Shown piece after piece: positions 1-8,996 of a stretch of 64,000 bases of DNA; position 1 is the stretch's first letter, and each line of letters opens with the position of its first letter. The notes beneath the pieces were generated by a model. It was not told where the DNA came from, made no database searches, and was given only the letters and a program-made list of their open reading frames with translations. The stretch lies in contig MFXK01000028.1 of assembly GCA_001788835.1 (NCBI GenBank), positions 60,256 to 124,255 on the forward strand, read 5' to 3'. This stretch comes from Candidatus Peregrinibacteria bacterium RIFOXYB2_FULL_33_20. GTDB lineage: Bacteria; Patescibacteriota; Gracilibacteria; UBA1369; GWF2-33-10. The position numbers and the translations under genes were made by a program.

Positions 1-641
1 GCTTTTTGCGGGTTTTTAAAAATAAATAATTTTTCAACTAAGTTTTTAGACACAGACTGATTTACATCGCCAACAATACTAATCACTGTATTATCAGGCG
101 TATATAATTTCTGATGATAAGAAATTAAATCTTCACGGCTAACTTTTTTCAAAAACTCAGGCGTCCCCAACTGATCGTTGCCCATTGGCTGTTTACCATA
201 AAGTAAACGTTCAAAATCCCAGCCGATCTGGTAGGAAGGCGTGTCCTGATACATCTTGTATTCCTCCAGAATCACTTCCCGTTCTCTATTCATATCATCT
301 TCATTAAATCTAGAATTAATCAACATATCAGACAAAACATCCAAAGCCACATCCAATTTATCAGAAGAAACTTTCACAAAATATCCCGCATACTGCTTAC
401 CGGTAAAAGCATTAAATTCACCTCCGACTGAGTCAATTGCTTCTGATACTTCTCTGGCATTTTGATATTTTTTTGCCCCCTTGAAGAACATATGTTCAAG
501 AAAATGAGAGATACCATTTGATTCTTGAGTTTCATATCGTGAACCAGCACCAACTAAGATCAAAACTGTCAAAGATTTTGAACCGATCAGTTGTTTGGTG
601 ATCAGTCTTAAATTATTTTTAAAAATAATTTTATTAAGCAT
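1..641 (-). CDS. M16 (pitrilysin/insulinase) family zinc peptidase, N-terminal part; the gene continues beyond the left window edge
   Basis: Absent from the ORF track because no stop lies in the window. Reading the reverse strand from the ATG at 641-639 gives MLNKIIFKNNLRLITKQLIGSKSLTVLILVGAGSRYETQESNGISHFLEHMFFKGAKKYQNAREVSEAIDSVGGEFNAFTGKQYAGYF...NREREVILEEYKMYQDTP. The inverted zinc motif HxxEH (HFLEH) plus the downstream Glu-rich region is the M16 signature. Confidence 0.8.
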   Translation of the reverse strand, partial: MLNKIIFKNNLRLITKQLIGSKSLTVLILVGAGSRYETQESNGISHFLEHMFFKGAKKYQNAREVSEAIDSVGGEFNAFTGKQYAGYFVKVSSDKLDVALDVLSDMLINSRFNEDDMNREREVILEEYKMYQDTPSYQIGWDFERLLYGKQPMGNDQLGTPEFLKKVSREDLISYHQKLYTPDNTVISIVGDVNQSVSKNLVEKLFIFKNPQK

Positions 642-802
642 TGAGAGAAATTTTAAATTCTAAATTTTGATCCCACACCCACCTCTCCAAGTACTTTGTA
701 CGTCGGACGAAAGTAAAGTGCGAGATTGAATTAAGGAAAAATCTTGCAAGTTCACAGCAAAAACCATAGCATACCTTAAGCTTAAATAGAATAAAAAAAT
801 CA

Positions 803-3076
803 ATGCGCAGAAGATTTTTCATACAATTCAATAGACTAAACGTATTACTGATTTTTTTTGTATTAATATTAGGGATAGTGGGGTGGCGACTTTTTTATCT
901 GCAAATCGTTAAGCACAATTATTATCTTAAAATCGTTGAAGAAAGCCATTACGGCATCACCCAACTGCCTGCCAGACGAGGCGAGATTTTATTAGACGAC
1001 CGTTATTCCAATACCAAATACAAATTAGCCACCACTACCACTTACGACCTATTATTCGCCGATCCTTCTATTATTGCCAAAGATGATAATGCCAGTTTAT
1101 TAGCAAACAAAATTGGACCAATTTTATTTGATCTTAATAATGCTCAGGAAAAAGAAAATAAACGCCTAAAAAAATTAGAATTACAAGCTATCACCGAAGA
1201 AGATAAGAATAAAATTATTGCCAAGTCCGACCAGGAATTGTTGAATGACTACATCTCTAATCTAAAAGATCAAATGGGTCAGTATATACGGTCAGAAATA
1301 TTATTGCTGACCAATGTTGATCCAGAATTAGAACAATCAATCAACTCTTTAAATCTTGATGGCGTTTCAATTAATGAAGAAAAAAATCTTTATGCTTATC
1401 CCAAACAAATAAGTTCGGCGACAAAGACCGCCAAAATTCTTGCGCCTTTGATTAATTTTGACCGAGATTATCTAGAAATATTACTGGAAGGGAAAAATCA
1501 TTATACTGTCCTGGCTCGTAAGTTACCAAAAGACAAAGCCGATCAGTTAGAAATAATTTTTAATAGCAACTCAGAAACTTATCATGGCATCAAGTTAACC
1601 AAAGAACACTACCGATACTATCCAGAGCAAACTTTGGCAGCGCAGGTTTTGGGTTATATTAATTCCGCTGGCATTGGACAATATGGCATAGAAGGCAGAT
1701 ACAATCATGTTCTAGCCGGTAAAGCTGGTTTTATTAAATCTCAGAAAGACGCAGCTGGTGATATTTTGACGGTTGGTGATAGCAAAGTGCAAATTGCTGA
1801 AGACGGTGCTGATATTACCCTGACTATTGATAGGGCGATACAATTAGAAGTGGAAAAAAATCTGCCAGCAGCAGTTAGAGAATATAATGCGGAAAGCGCC
1901 CAAGCGATCGTCATGAATCCAAAAACTGGCGAAATTTTAGCTATGGCTAATTACCCAACTTTTGATCCTAATGAATATGCTCAAATTTTTAATCTCAAAG
2001 AAATTCATCTAAGCCAAGCAGAGATTGATAATTTCACAGTAGTAGGTAGTGATGATAATAAACATATTTATTTTTACACACAACGAAATCCAGATAGAAG
2101 GTTTGAAGTGTTTGAAGATAAAGAAATTCCAAGCACATATTATCGATATGATAATTTTGTCGGCTCAGAAGTTTTTCGAAACAAAGCGATCACTGATCTT
2201 TATGAACCAGGTTCAACGTTTAAACCTGTAGTAATGGCTTCAGCCATAGACGCTGATGAAGTTCAGCCACAGTCAACTTTTGACTGTAGCGGCCCGATCA
2301 AAGTTCCCAAAATTAGTAATCCTAAAAGCGATAGTGATTATGATTTTATCAAAACTTACAATAATCAATATCATGGCGTTGAGACCATGACGCAAATTCT
2401 GGAAAATTCTGATAACGTAGGTATGGCTCAGGTAGCGGAAACACTTGGTTACAGTTTGTTTTATAATTATATTAGAAAATTTGGCTATGGCGAAAAAACC
2501 GGTATAGAATTCGACAGTGAAAACAAAGGACAGCTTGAACATTATGAATACTGGACTCAGAGCGAACTTTTAACCAAAGGCTATGGTCAAGGTATCAGTG
2601 TCACCTTGATTCAGCACGCTACAGCTTTATCAGCATTAGCCAACAATGGCACGTTGATGCAGCCTTTCATTGTTAAAAGCATTGATTACCATGGCAATAA
2701 CAAAACTGAAACTTTCGAACCACGTATTGTTGATCAAGTTATAACCAAAGAAACTGCGGATAAAATCACTTCTATGATGATTTCCGTCATCGAAAATGGA
2801 CAAGCCAAAAAAGCCCAGGTGCCAAGACATTTTGTAGCAGGTAAAACTGGCACAGCACAAACTTATCAAAATGGTAAAGCGTTATTTGGCACTGGTACTA
2901 CCATAACTTCCTTTATAGGGTTCGGCCCGGTCAGTGATCCTAAATTTCTCGTGCTGGTCAAAGTAGACAAACCTTTGAATGGTCCGTATGCTGAAACCAG
3001 CGCATTACCTATCGCTCAAAAAATCCTTGATTTCCTTTTTAAATATTACAATGTTCCACCTGATAAAAAATTTTAA
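803..3076 (+). CDS. Class B penicillin-binding protein (PBP2/FtsI-type peptidoglycan transpeptidase)
   Basis: 757-aa ORF with an N-terminal membrane anchor (LLIFFVLILGIVGW). Transpeptidase motifs are SxxK (GSTFKP), SxN (NSDNVG) and KTG (GKTGTA). Confidence 0.85.
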   Translation: MRRRFFIQFNRLNVLLIFFVLILGIVGWRLFYLQIVKHNYYLKIVEESHYGITQLPARRGEILLDDRYSNTKYKLATTTTYDLLFADPSIIAKDDNASLLANKIGPILFDLNNAQEKENKRLKKLELQAITEEDKNKIIAKSDQELLNDYISNLKDQMGQYIRSEILLLTNVDPELEQSINSLNLDGVSINEEKNLYAYPKQISSATKTAKILAPLINFDRDYLEILLEGKNHYTVLARKLPKDKADQLEIIFNSNSETYHGIKLTKEHYRYYPEQTLAAQVLGYINSAGIGQYGIEGRYNHVLAGKAGFIKSQKDAAGDILTVGDSKVQIAEDGADITLTIDRAIQLEVEKNLPAAVREYNAESAQAIVMNPKTGEILAMANYPTFDPNEYAQIFNLKEIHLSQAEIDNFTVVGSDDNKHIYFYTQRNPDRRFEVFEDKEIPSTYYRYDNFVGSEVFRNKAITDLYEPGSTFKPVVMASAIDADEVQPQSTFDCSGPIKVPKISNPKSDSDYDFIKTYNNQYHGVETMTQILENSDNVGMAQVAETLGYSLFYNYIRKFGYGEKTGIEFDSENKGQLEHYEYWTQSELLTKGYGQGISVTLIQHATALSALANNGTLMQPFIVKSIDYHGNNKTETFEPRIVDQVITKETADKITSMMISVIENGQAKKAQVPRHFVAGKTGTAQTYQNGKALFGTGTTITSFIGFGPVSDPKFLVLVKVDKPLNGPYAETSALPIAQKILDFLFKYYNVPPDKKF

Positions 3077-3088
3077 ACCACTAAATTT

Positions 3089-3250
3089 ATGAAAAATAAA
3101 CCTTACCTCATCACTGTTTTACTAGCTTTTATTATCATAACCGAAGCTTTGTACATTGCTTATTTGCAATATCAAATTTGGCAATTTCAAAAATTACAGC
3201 AAAATGACTTCCAGATACCAAAAATGGAGAATACTGTTAGTCAAATTTAA
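3089..3250 (+). CDS. Small (53 aa) single-pass membrane protein, function unknown
   Basis: ATG at 3089, TAA at 3248-3250. Translation MKNKPYLITVLLAFIIITEALYIAYLQYQIWQFQKLQQNDFQIPKMENTVSQI has one hydrophobic helix. It starts 12 nt after the PBP stop and is below the ORF-track size cutoff. No family recognised. Confidence 0.35.
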   Translation: MKNKPYLITVLLAFIIITEALYIAYLQYQIWQFQKLQQNDFQIPKMENTVSQI

Positions 3251-3316
3251 GGTGTTTGACTGAAATATTATTTATGGTAAGATTAGAAACTTCACGATTT
3301 TTTACTATATTTACGA

Positions 3317-3805
3317 ATGTCACCCATTTTAAATCCAAAGCCACACTATCCAACTTCAGCGGAAGAAGGCATATTGAAAAGAAGAGGTTTAAGTGCTTTT
3401 GAAAAGGAAACTGGCCAAGGACCTTTAGAACAAATTTTCAATAGATATAAAGAGCTAATTTTCTCTGATTTGCGAGGATTAAAATTAAGAGCCACTCCAA
3501 AACTTGAACCACAGATTGCTATTTTAAGATTTGATTTGGCTCGGGCAATGTTCTGTCTCAGTGATAGAAGAATCGTTTTTAATGTCGATGTTTTTCTCAC
3601 AATTCAAGATATATATGACCAAATAATATCTTTAAATTTATCTAACAAAAGTCTGGCTGCTCATATGAAAATGGTTAAAAAAATCATAGAACAATTACTT
3701 GGCGACGAAGTGATGTTTCAAAAAGTCCCAGGCATCAACGAAGAGTCCTCAAATCCAATGTTTATGATCAGTTCAAGGATTAAGGTTTTGAATATGGCGG
3801 CTTAA
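3317..3805 (+). CDS. Hypothetical protein (162 aa)
   Basis: Clean ORF filling the gap between neighbouring genes. No motif recognised. Confidence 0.45.
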   Translation: MSPILNPKPHYPTSAEEGILKRRGLSAFEKETGQGPLEQIFNRYKELIFSDLRGLKLRATPKLEPQIAILRFDLARAMFCLSDRRIVFNVDVFLTIQDIYDQIISLNLSNKSLAAHMKMVKKIIEQLLGDEVMFQKVPGINEESSNPMFMISSRIKVLNMAA

Positions 3806-3826
3806 GTGTTTTTTATTTTTTACTTT

Positions 3827-4498
3827 TCATAAAGGCTTCTTCAACGGCACTCCAACTTTTCTTGGATATTTTGTATCAGTGTCAGCAACTTTTTCGACTA
3901 AAACTATTGCTCTTGAGCCTAAATCATTTTTAAGTTTATATTCATAAATGTTTGTGATTTTAGAATTCAAAATTTCTAAAGCTTTGACTGAATCTTGAAT
4001 TTCCTGCTGAAAGTTCGGTCCTTTGTATGAGATTAGCACTCCTCCCACTTCCAAAAAAGGCATAGCATATTCCAACAAAACATTCAAAGGTGCTAAGGCT
4101 TTGGCTGTGACTAAATCAAATTTCCCCCGGAAATTTTTCTGATGAGCAATTTCTTCTATCCTGCCATAAACTGTTTTTACATTTTTTAAATTCAATTCTT
4201 TGGTGATTCCATCCAAAACTTTTATTTTTTTCTGAGTTGAATCTAACAAAGCAACCTCTAAATTAGGATAATAAATCGCCAAAGGTATCCCGGGAAGGCC
4301 ACCTCCACTTCCTAAATCTATTAATTTTTTATTATCACCAAAATTTAAGAAATTACCTAAAGCCAAACTATCTTCAACATGTTTCTCCCAAAAAACTTCC
4401 TCATCATGGCGGGAAATCAAATTCATTTCTCTATTAATTTTTAGCAATAAAACCTGATATTTTTTTAATAACTGTTTTTTTTCAACTATAATATTCAT
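3827..4498 (-). CDS. rsmG: 16S rRNA (guanine527-N7)-methyltransferase RsmG/GidB
   Basis: Size and SAM-binding motif DLGSGGGLPGIPLAI. The overall GidB-like sequence includes KFDLVTAKALAPL. Confidence 0.85.
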   Translation of the reverse strand: MNIIVEKKQLLKKYQVLLLKINREMNLISRHDEEVFWEKHVEDSLALGNFLNFGDNKKLIDLGSGGGLPGIPLAIYYPNLEVALLDSTQKKIKVLDGITKELNLKNVKTVYGRIEEIAHQKNFRGKFDLVTAKALAPLNVLLEYAMPFLEVGGVLISYKGPNFQQEIQDSVKALEILNSKITNIYEYKLKNDLGSRAIVLVEKVADTDTKYPRKVGVPLKKPL

Positions 4499-4568
4499 TA
4501 TTTTAGAATTTAAGCTTAAACAAAAACAAATTTAGCATTATATTGGAATAAATTAAATTTAAAAATTC

Positions 4569-5228
4569 ATGAAAATCTGCATTCCGATTAAAGTGAAAAA
4601 CATGCGGACAGCTTTAGAAAAACTTGCTGAAGCTGAACAAAAAGCTGACATGACGGAAATTTGGCTGGATCAGATTGAAAATTTAAATCTTGAGGAGATT
4701 TTTAAGCATCGTACAAAACCTATTTTGGCGGTTTGCAAAAATCCTGAGGAAATGGGTAGTTTTCAAGGTGATAATTTTGATAAAATCAATCTTTTCACGA
4801 AATTTATTGAACTTGGCGGTGAATATGTTGACATCAGCGATCTCCACAATATTGATTTTCTTAAAACCTATAAAAACTCATGTAGTTTCCAAATTATTTA
4901 TTCTTTTCATGATTTTATCAAGACACCTACTTTCATGAACTTATCAAACATTATTGATCAAGCAGTTAATACTGAAATTGATATGATAAAAATTGCTACC
5001 AGAGTTAAAGATGCCTATGATATTCAGACTTTAGAAAAATGCGTGGCTAAAATTTTGGAAGTAAATAAAAAACCAATTGTCTTGGGCATGGATCATTTAG
5101 GCAAAAGAACCAGGCTAGGTAAAGGTCTTTTCCAAAACAATTACTTAACCTTTGCGGCGTTATCAGAAGAAGAAAAAACCGCCTCAGGACAAATCACCAT
5201 TAATGAAATTATTGATTTTAAGCTTTAG
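4569..5228 (+). CDS. aroD: Type I 3-dehydroquinate dehydratase
   Basis: YSFHDFIKTP matches the SxHDF..TP His motif. MIKIATRV carries the Schiff-base Lys context. VLGMDHLGKRTRL and the ASGQITINE tail match type I DHQase conserved blocks. Confidence 0.75.
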   Translation: MKICIPIKVKNMRTALEKLAEAEQKADMTEIWLDQIENLNLEEIFKHRTKPILAVCKNPEEMGSFQGDNFDKINLFTKFIELGGEYVDISDLHNIDFLKTYKNSCSFQIIYSFHDFIKTPTFMNLSNIIDQAVNTEIDMIKIATRVKDAYDIQTLEKCVAKILEVNKKPIVLGMDHLGKRTRLGKGLFQNNYLTFAALSEEEKTASGQITINEIIDFKL

Positions 5229-5300
5229 CTTGTAAATTTAAAAATCTGACTTAATTTAAAATTTCATTTCCCATTCACTATTCTCTATTACCCCTTTCAC

Positions 5301-6395
5301 ATGTCTCTCCAAATCGGTATCGTCGGTCTTCCAAATGTCGGCAAATCAACACTATTCAATGCTTTGACAAAAACCAAATCAGCCCAAGCCGCAAATTATC
5401 CTTTCTGTACAATTGACCCAAATGTGGGTGTTGTCGAAGTTCCTGATGAAAGACTCACAAATCTAGCGAAAATTGTTAATCCCAAAAAAATCATCCCAGC
5501 CATTGTTGAATTTGTTGATATTGCTGGATTGGTCAAAGGAGCAAGCAAAGGTGAAGGGCTTGGGAATCAATTTTTATCACATATTCGTGATTGTGATGCT
5601 ATTTGCGAAGTTTTAAGAATTTTTGAAGATCCAAATACAATCCATGTGCATGGAACTGTTGATGCGGCCAGAGATAAAGAAATTATTGAATCAGAGCTGA
5701 TTTTAGCTGATCTTCAAACACTTGAAAAAAGATTAGGCAAAGCAAAAAATGATTCTAAATCTGGAAATAAAGAAAAAATTGCATATGCAAACTTAGTTGA
5801 AAAGGTTTTCAACTTCTTAAATCAGGGACAAATGGCTTCAGAAATGGAACTTACTGATGAAGAAAAACTTGAATTAAAAGATTTACATTTATTAACATTT
5901 AAACCTGTTATTTATGTTCTCAATTGTGCTGAAGATCAGGTTACAAAAATAAACTTAGATGAATTAAGAATAACACTGAAAATCAATGAAAAATATGATA
6001 TTATTCCAATCTCAGCTCAAATCGAATCAGAATTAATTTCAATGAATGAAGGGGAGGCGTTGGAATTTTTGAAAGAAATTGGTTTACACGAAACAGGTCT
6101 TAATTCACTGATTAAAACGGCCTACAAAACTTTAGGACTACAAACATATTTAACAGCTGGTCCAGATGAAGTCAGAGCATGGACAATTCATAAAGGCTGG
6201 ACTGCCCCGCAAGCCGCAGGTGTTATTCACACAGATTTTGAAAAAGGATTTATTAAGGCCGAAACAATTTCATATCAAGATTACATTCAATTCGGAGGAA
6301 AATCCGGAGCAAAAGAAAAAGGTAAACTTCGATTGGAAGGTAAAGAATACATTGTTCAGGATGGAGATGTGATGGAGTTTTTGTTTAATAATTAG
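5301..6395 (+). CDS. ychF: Ribosome-binding ATPase YchF (Obg-like)
   Basis: P-loop [39 protein letters not shown] and the C-terminal TGS-like GFIKAE...[14 protein letters not shown]. Confidence 0.9.
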   Translation: MSLQIGIVGLPNVGKSTLFNALTKTKSAQAANYPFCTIDPNVGVVEVPDERLTNLAKIVNPKKIIPAIVEFVDIAGLVKGASKGEGLGNQFLSHIRDCDAICEVLRIFEDPNTIHVHGTVDAARDKEIIESELILADLQTLEKRLGKAKNDSKSGNKEKIAYANLVEKVFNFLNQGQMASEMELTDEEKLELKDLHLLTFKPVIYVLNCAEDQVTKINLDELRITLKINEKYDIIPISAQIESELISMNEGEALEFLKEIGLHETGLNSLIKTAYKTLGLQTYLTAGPDEVRAWTIHKGWTAPQAAGVIHTDFEKGFIKAETISYQDYIQFGGKSGAKEKGKLRLEGKEYIVQDGDVMEFLFNN

Positions 6396-6398
6396 AGA

Positions 6399-6431
6399 AA
6401 AGCAGTTATAGCTTTTAACTATAACTGCTTT
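6399..6431. terminator. Perfect 12-bp stem hairpin between the convergent ychF and a minus-strand ORF; probable bidirectional terminator
   Basis: AAGCAGTTATAG (6400-6411) pairs with CTATAACTGCTT (6419-6430) around a 7-nt loop. On the minus strand the stem is followed by TTTTCTC. Confidence 0.5.
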
Positions 6432-6445
6432 AAAACCATTACATA

Positions 6446-6721
6446 TTAAAAGAAGATTATTTCAGGCAACCTATAAACATCTTGATACAAAGGTTGTGAA
6501 TAATCAGGCTTCCCATCTTTCAACGGATAACCAACCATTTTGCCTTGTTCTCCTTGCTCTAATAAGCACTTTATTCCACCAAATAATGCATATCTTGCTT
6601 GAGAACGTTGAGAGTCTAAACTCTCTGCGTCAACTAAAGGTGATTGTTCTGGTTGCCTTTCTGCTTGTTCAGAACGGTTAAGACATTTATTAAAACTATT
6701 AGGACCAAATATTTCCGTCAT
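6446..6721 (-). CDS. Hypothetical 91-aa ORF, possibly a remnant of the downstream part of a degraded IS
   Basis: ORF lies immediately downstream of, and co-oriented with, the InsA-like ORF. It looks less AT-rich than its surroundings by eye. No DDE motif or other family recognised. Confidence 0.3.
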   Translation of the reverse strand: MTEIFGPNSFNKCLNRSEQAERQPEQSPLVDAESLDSQRSQARYALFGGIKCLLEQGEQGKMVGYPLKDGKPDYSQPLYQDVYRLPEIIFF

Positions 6722-6757
6722 AATAAAAAAGTTAAGTAATAAAATATTTTAAAAAAT

Positions 6758-7057
6758 TTAAAATTTTAATTTCCATTTTTGAATAGTAGATGGGCTAACA
6801 TCAATTCTTCTAGCAATCTGCCTTACGCTCAAACCAAGATCTAAAAATGTTTTAGCTCGATTCAGTAACTCAATAGAAGATTTCAAACAAAAATAAATTT
6901 CATTAAAATTCTCACTCCACGTTTTATAACATAAAGAACATCTAAATCTTTTGTTTTTTTTGCTATGGATTTGAATGTTATTTTTTTCAAGTTGTCCATA
7001 TAATTTGCATTTTGCATTTGGACAATGTTGATTTCGAATTTTCATGTATTGATTCAT
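6758..7057 (-). CDS. IS1-family InsA-like protein (zinc ribbon + helix-turn-helix); no intact transposase partner
   Basis: The pattern CPNAKC...x17...RFRCSLCYKTWSENF is followed by LGLSVRQIARRIDVSPSTIQKW. This mirrors the E. coli IS1 InsA layout (CPxC...RYLCSHCRKTWQLQF...HTH). Confidence 0.55.
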   Translation of the reverse strand: MNQYMKIRNQHCPNAKCKLYGQLEKNNIQIHSKKNKRFRCSLCYKTWSENFNEIYFCLKSSIELLNRAKTFLDLGLSVRQIARRIDVSPSTIQKWKLKF

Positions 7058-7077
7058 TATTGAAATTATTTAATGTA

Positions 7078-7104
7078 CAAAAAAAGCCCCGTTATTGCGG
7101 GGCT
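7078..7104 (-). terminator. Rho-independent terminator (minus-strand orientation)
   Basis: A 7-bp GC-rich stem, AGCCCCG (7085-7091) with CGGGGCT (7098-7104). On the minus strand it is followed by a T7 run (A-run 7078-7084 on plus). Confidence 0.55.
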
Positions 7105-7308
7105 TGATTTTTAAATTATTTTTTTAATATAAAACTATCCCGCAACTAATGTTGTTGTGGTAGTAGTAGTTTTTACAACTAAATTTCGATTTCGATATTG
7201 TTTAATTGAAAATAACATCAAATAAATCTAATAAATTAAAGCATATTCATCTTTCCAAAATATATAATCATTGTCAATAAGCATGTACTCAAATAATGTG
7301 CTGATTTA

Positions 7309-7413
7309 GGATCATCTGATTTTTGGTTTGAAAAAACAAGAATATCCTTTGAAAACTCACCCTAAATCCCTCTTCCCTGATCGGAGTCGAGGACAAGCTT
7401 GAAAGAGAGGGAC
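7309..7413 (+). repeat. Left arm of an approximately 100-bp imperfect inverted repeat flanking the DUF559 fragment
   Basis: GGATCATCTGATTTTTGGTTTGAAAAAA...TTTGAAAACTCACCCTAAATCCCTCT...GAAAGAGAGGGA. The terminal 12-mer GGATCATCTGAT is perfectly inverted at 7715-7726. Confidence 0.7.
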
Positions 7414-7443
7414 TTATTTATAAATTCTTTAATATTTTTATTT

Positions 7444-7605
7444 TTAAATCTTATTTTCAAATTCAAATATGATTGCAAATTGTCTTATAAATTTTCTATT
7501 TTTTATTTTTCTGTTTCTAACATAAGTCCAAAATATATATTCCGTTTTAGTTTGATTTTTTCTAAGTTCTCTAACTGTAGCTTTTAAATCTGGTCTATTA
7601 TCCAT
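7444..7605 (-). pseudogene. Truncated DUF559 (Vsr-like endonuclease domain) gene fragment, 53 codons
   Basis: Reverse-strand ATG at 7605-7603 gives MDNRPDLKATVRELRKNQTKTEYIFWTYVRNRKIKNRKFIRQFAIIFEFENKI*. ARELRKNQT.aE..LW..LRnr....KFrRQ is the conserved N-terminal block of DUF559 proteins. The catalytic remainder is missing. Confidence 0.5.
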
Positions 7606-7623
7606 ATGTATTTATTCGTAAGA

Positions 7624-7726
7624 AATCCCCCTCTCTTTGAAGAGAGGGACGGGGTGAGTTTTCAAAAGAAGATCTTGTATTTCTGGCCTTTTCATGATTT
7701 TTTTCAAACTAAAGATCAGATGATCC
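7624..7726 (-). repeat. Right arm of the inverted repeat flanking the DUF559 fragment
   Basis: The reverse complement reads GGATCATCTGATCTTTAGTTTGAAAAAAA...TTTGAAAACTCACCCCGTCCCTCTCTTCAAAGAGAGGGGGATT. It aligns with 7309-7413 apart from one indel of about 20 nt. Confidence 0.7.
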
Positions 7727-7840
7727 ATGATTTATTAAACAAATTGACTTATTTTTTTTAAAATTTTAAAGTTCTAATAGACATTTTCCTTTGTCATTCC
7801 TGTAAAAACAGGAATCTTAATTTTTAAAAGAAGATCGCGT

Positions 7841-8947
7841 ATGAAAAAATTCACCAAATTATCCCCAGCTTTAAAAAAATTAATAATAAGTAATGATGGG
7901 GCTGGTGCTGGCAAAACTATTTCTGGAACTTTGAGTTCACATGTTAAAAAAAGTAAAACCCCTGTTTCTGCTTTTGCCGAAAGAACTCTTAACCACTGTA
8001 ATGGCGGGGCAACTTATGATGCCGCAGTATGGTTAAAAAATCATTTAAAAAATGGTGGTAAATTAGTGGTAACAATCGCTGGTGCTTTAAGTTCTTTTCA
8101 GGTTGGAGTCATGCTTGCTGAGTTAATCCGCCAAGATAAAGTGCATTTGGTATCAGCAACTGGTGCTAATCATGAAGAATCTTATTATCGATATGTGGCG
8201 CATTCTCATTATGCCTATATTCCAAGATACACAGAACTTACGCCAGAACAGGAAGCTGAACTTCGAGATACTGGGCTTCGTCGTATTACAGACACCTTTT
8301 TACCGGAAGATGAAAGCGTAAGAATTATGGAACCCCATCTTCTCAAAATGTGGCAAGAGGCAGAAAAAAAAGGCCAAAGATATTTTCCGCACGAATATTT
8401 TAGAAGACTTTTTTCTGAAAATTTAATTTCACCAGATCAACATGCTAATCCAGAAGACTGTTGGGCTTATGCGGCATATAAGAAAAACATCCCAATCATA
8501 ATCCCAGGATTTGAAGATTCAACAATGGGCAATATTTTTGCAAGTTATACATATGGTGGGAAATATCGGACTGATAAAAAATTTGTTTTGGATCAAAGAA
8601 TTATGAAAAGCGGACTTGAATATTTTACTTATCTTTATGACTGGTATATGGAAAATTCCAAAAATAGTCCAATTGCATTCTTACAGTTAGGCGGGGGTAT
8701 TTCAGCAGATTTCCCGATTTGCATTGTCCCTTCACTAAAACATGATCTTCTTTATCCAAAAGTACGAGACTGGGCTGGATTTATTGAAATCGGTTCTTCT
8801 CCAATGTCATATGGTTCATATTCTGGAGCAGGTGGTAAAGAAAAAATCACCTGGGACAAACTTTCAATAAAAAGTTATTACCAGATTATTCAAAGTGATG
8901 TGACAGTTGCATTTCCGTGGATTGCAGCAGTGCTACTTGGGTTGTAA
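7841..8947 (+). CDS. Deoxyhypusine synthase-like protein (probable homospermidine synthase type)
   Basis: DHS-family blocks: TIAGALSSFQVG, VSATGANHEE, GFEDSTMGN, LGGGISADF and SGAGGKEKITWDKL. The last corresponds to the EAVSWGKI block with its catalytic Lys retained. Confidence 0.75.
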   Translation: MKKFTKLSPALKKLIISNDGAGAGKTISGTLSSHVKKSKTPVSAFAERTLNHCNGGATYDAAVWLKNHLKNGGKLVVTIAGALSSFQVGVMLAELIRQDKVHLVSATGANHEESYYRYVAHSHYAYIPRYTELTPEQEAELRDTGLRRITDTFLPEDESVRIMEPHLLKMWQEAEKKGQRYFPHEYFRRLFSENLISPDQHANPEDCWAYAAYKKNIPIIIPGFEDSTMGNIFASYTYGGKYRTDKKFVLDQRIMKSGLEYFTYLYDWYMENSKNSPIAFLQLGGGISADFPICIVPSLKHDLLYPKVRDWAGFIEIGSSPMSYGSYSGAGGKEKITWDKLSIKSYYQIIQSDVTVAFPWIAAVLLGL

Positions 8948-8996
8948 AAAATCATAGTTCATCAAATAATCATTTTAAATCATAGTTAAAGACAAT

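Noticed and set aside
256-465. 69-aa plus-strand ORF from the track.
   Set aside because: It lies antisense inside the well-supported M16 peptidase reading frame. It is Ser-rich and low-complexity, so it is a shadow ORF.
634-831. 65-aa minus-strand ORF spanning the M16/PBP divergent intergenic region.
   Set aside because: It overlaps the start codons of both flanking real genes and has no motif. It is most likely promoter DNA read by chance.
7399-7587. 62-aa plus-strand ORF (MKERDLFINSLIFLFLNLIF...).
   Set aside because: It is a low-complexity AT-rich translation. The opposite strand carries the recognisable DUF559 N-terminal block, so this is its antisense shadow.
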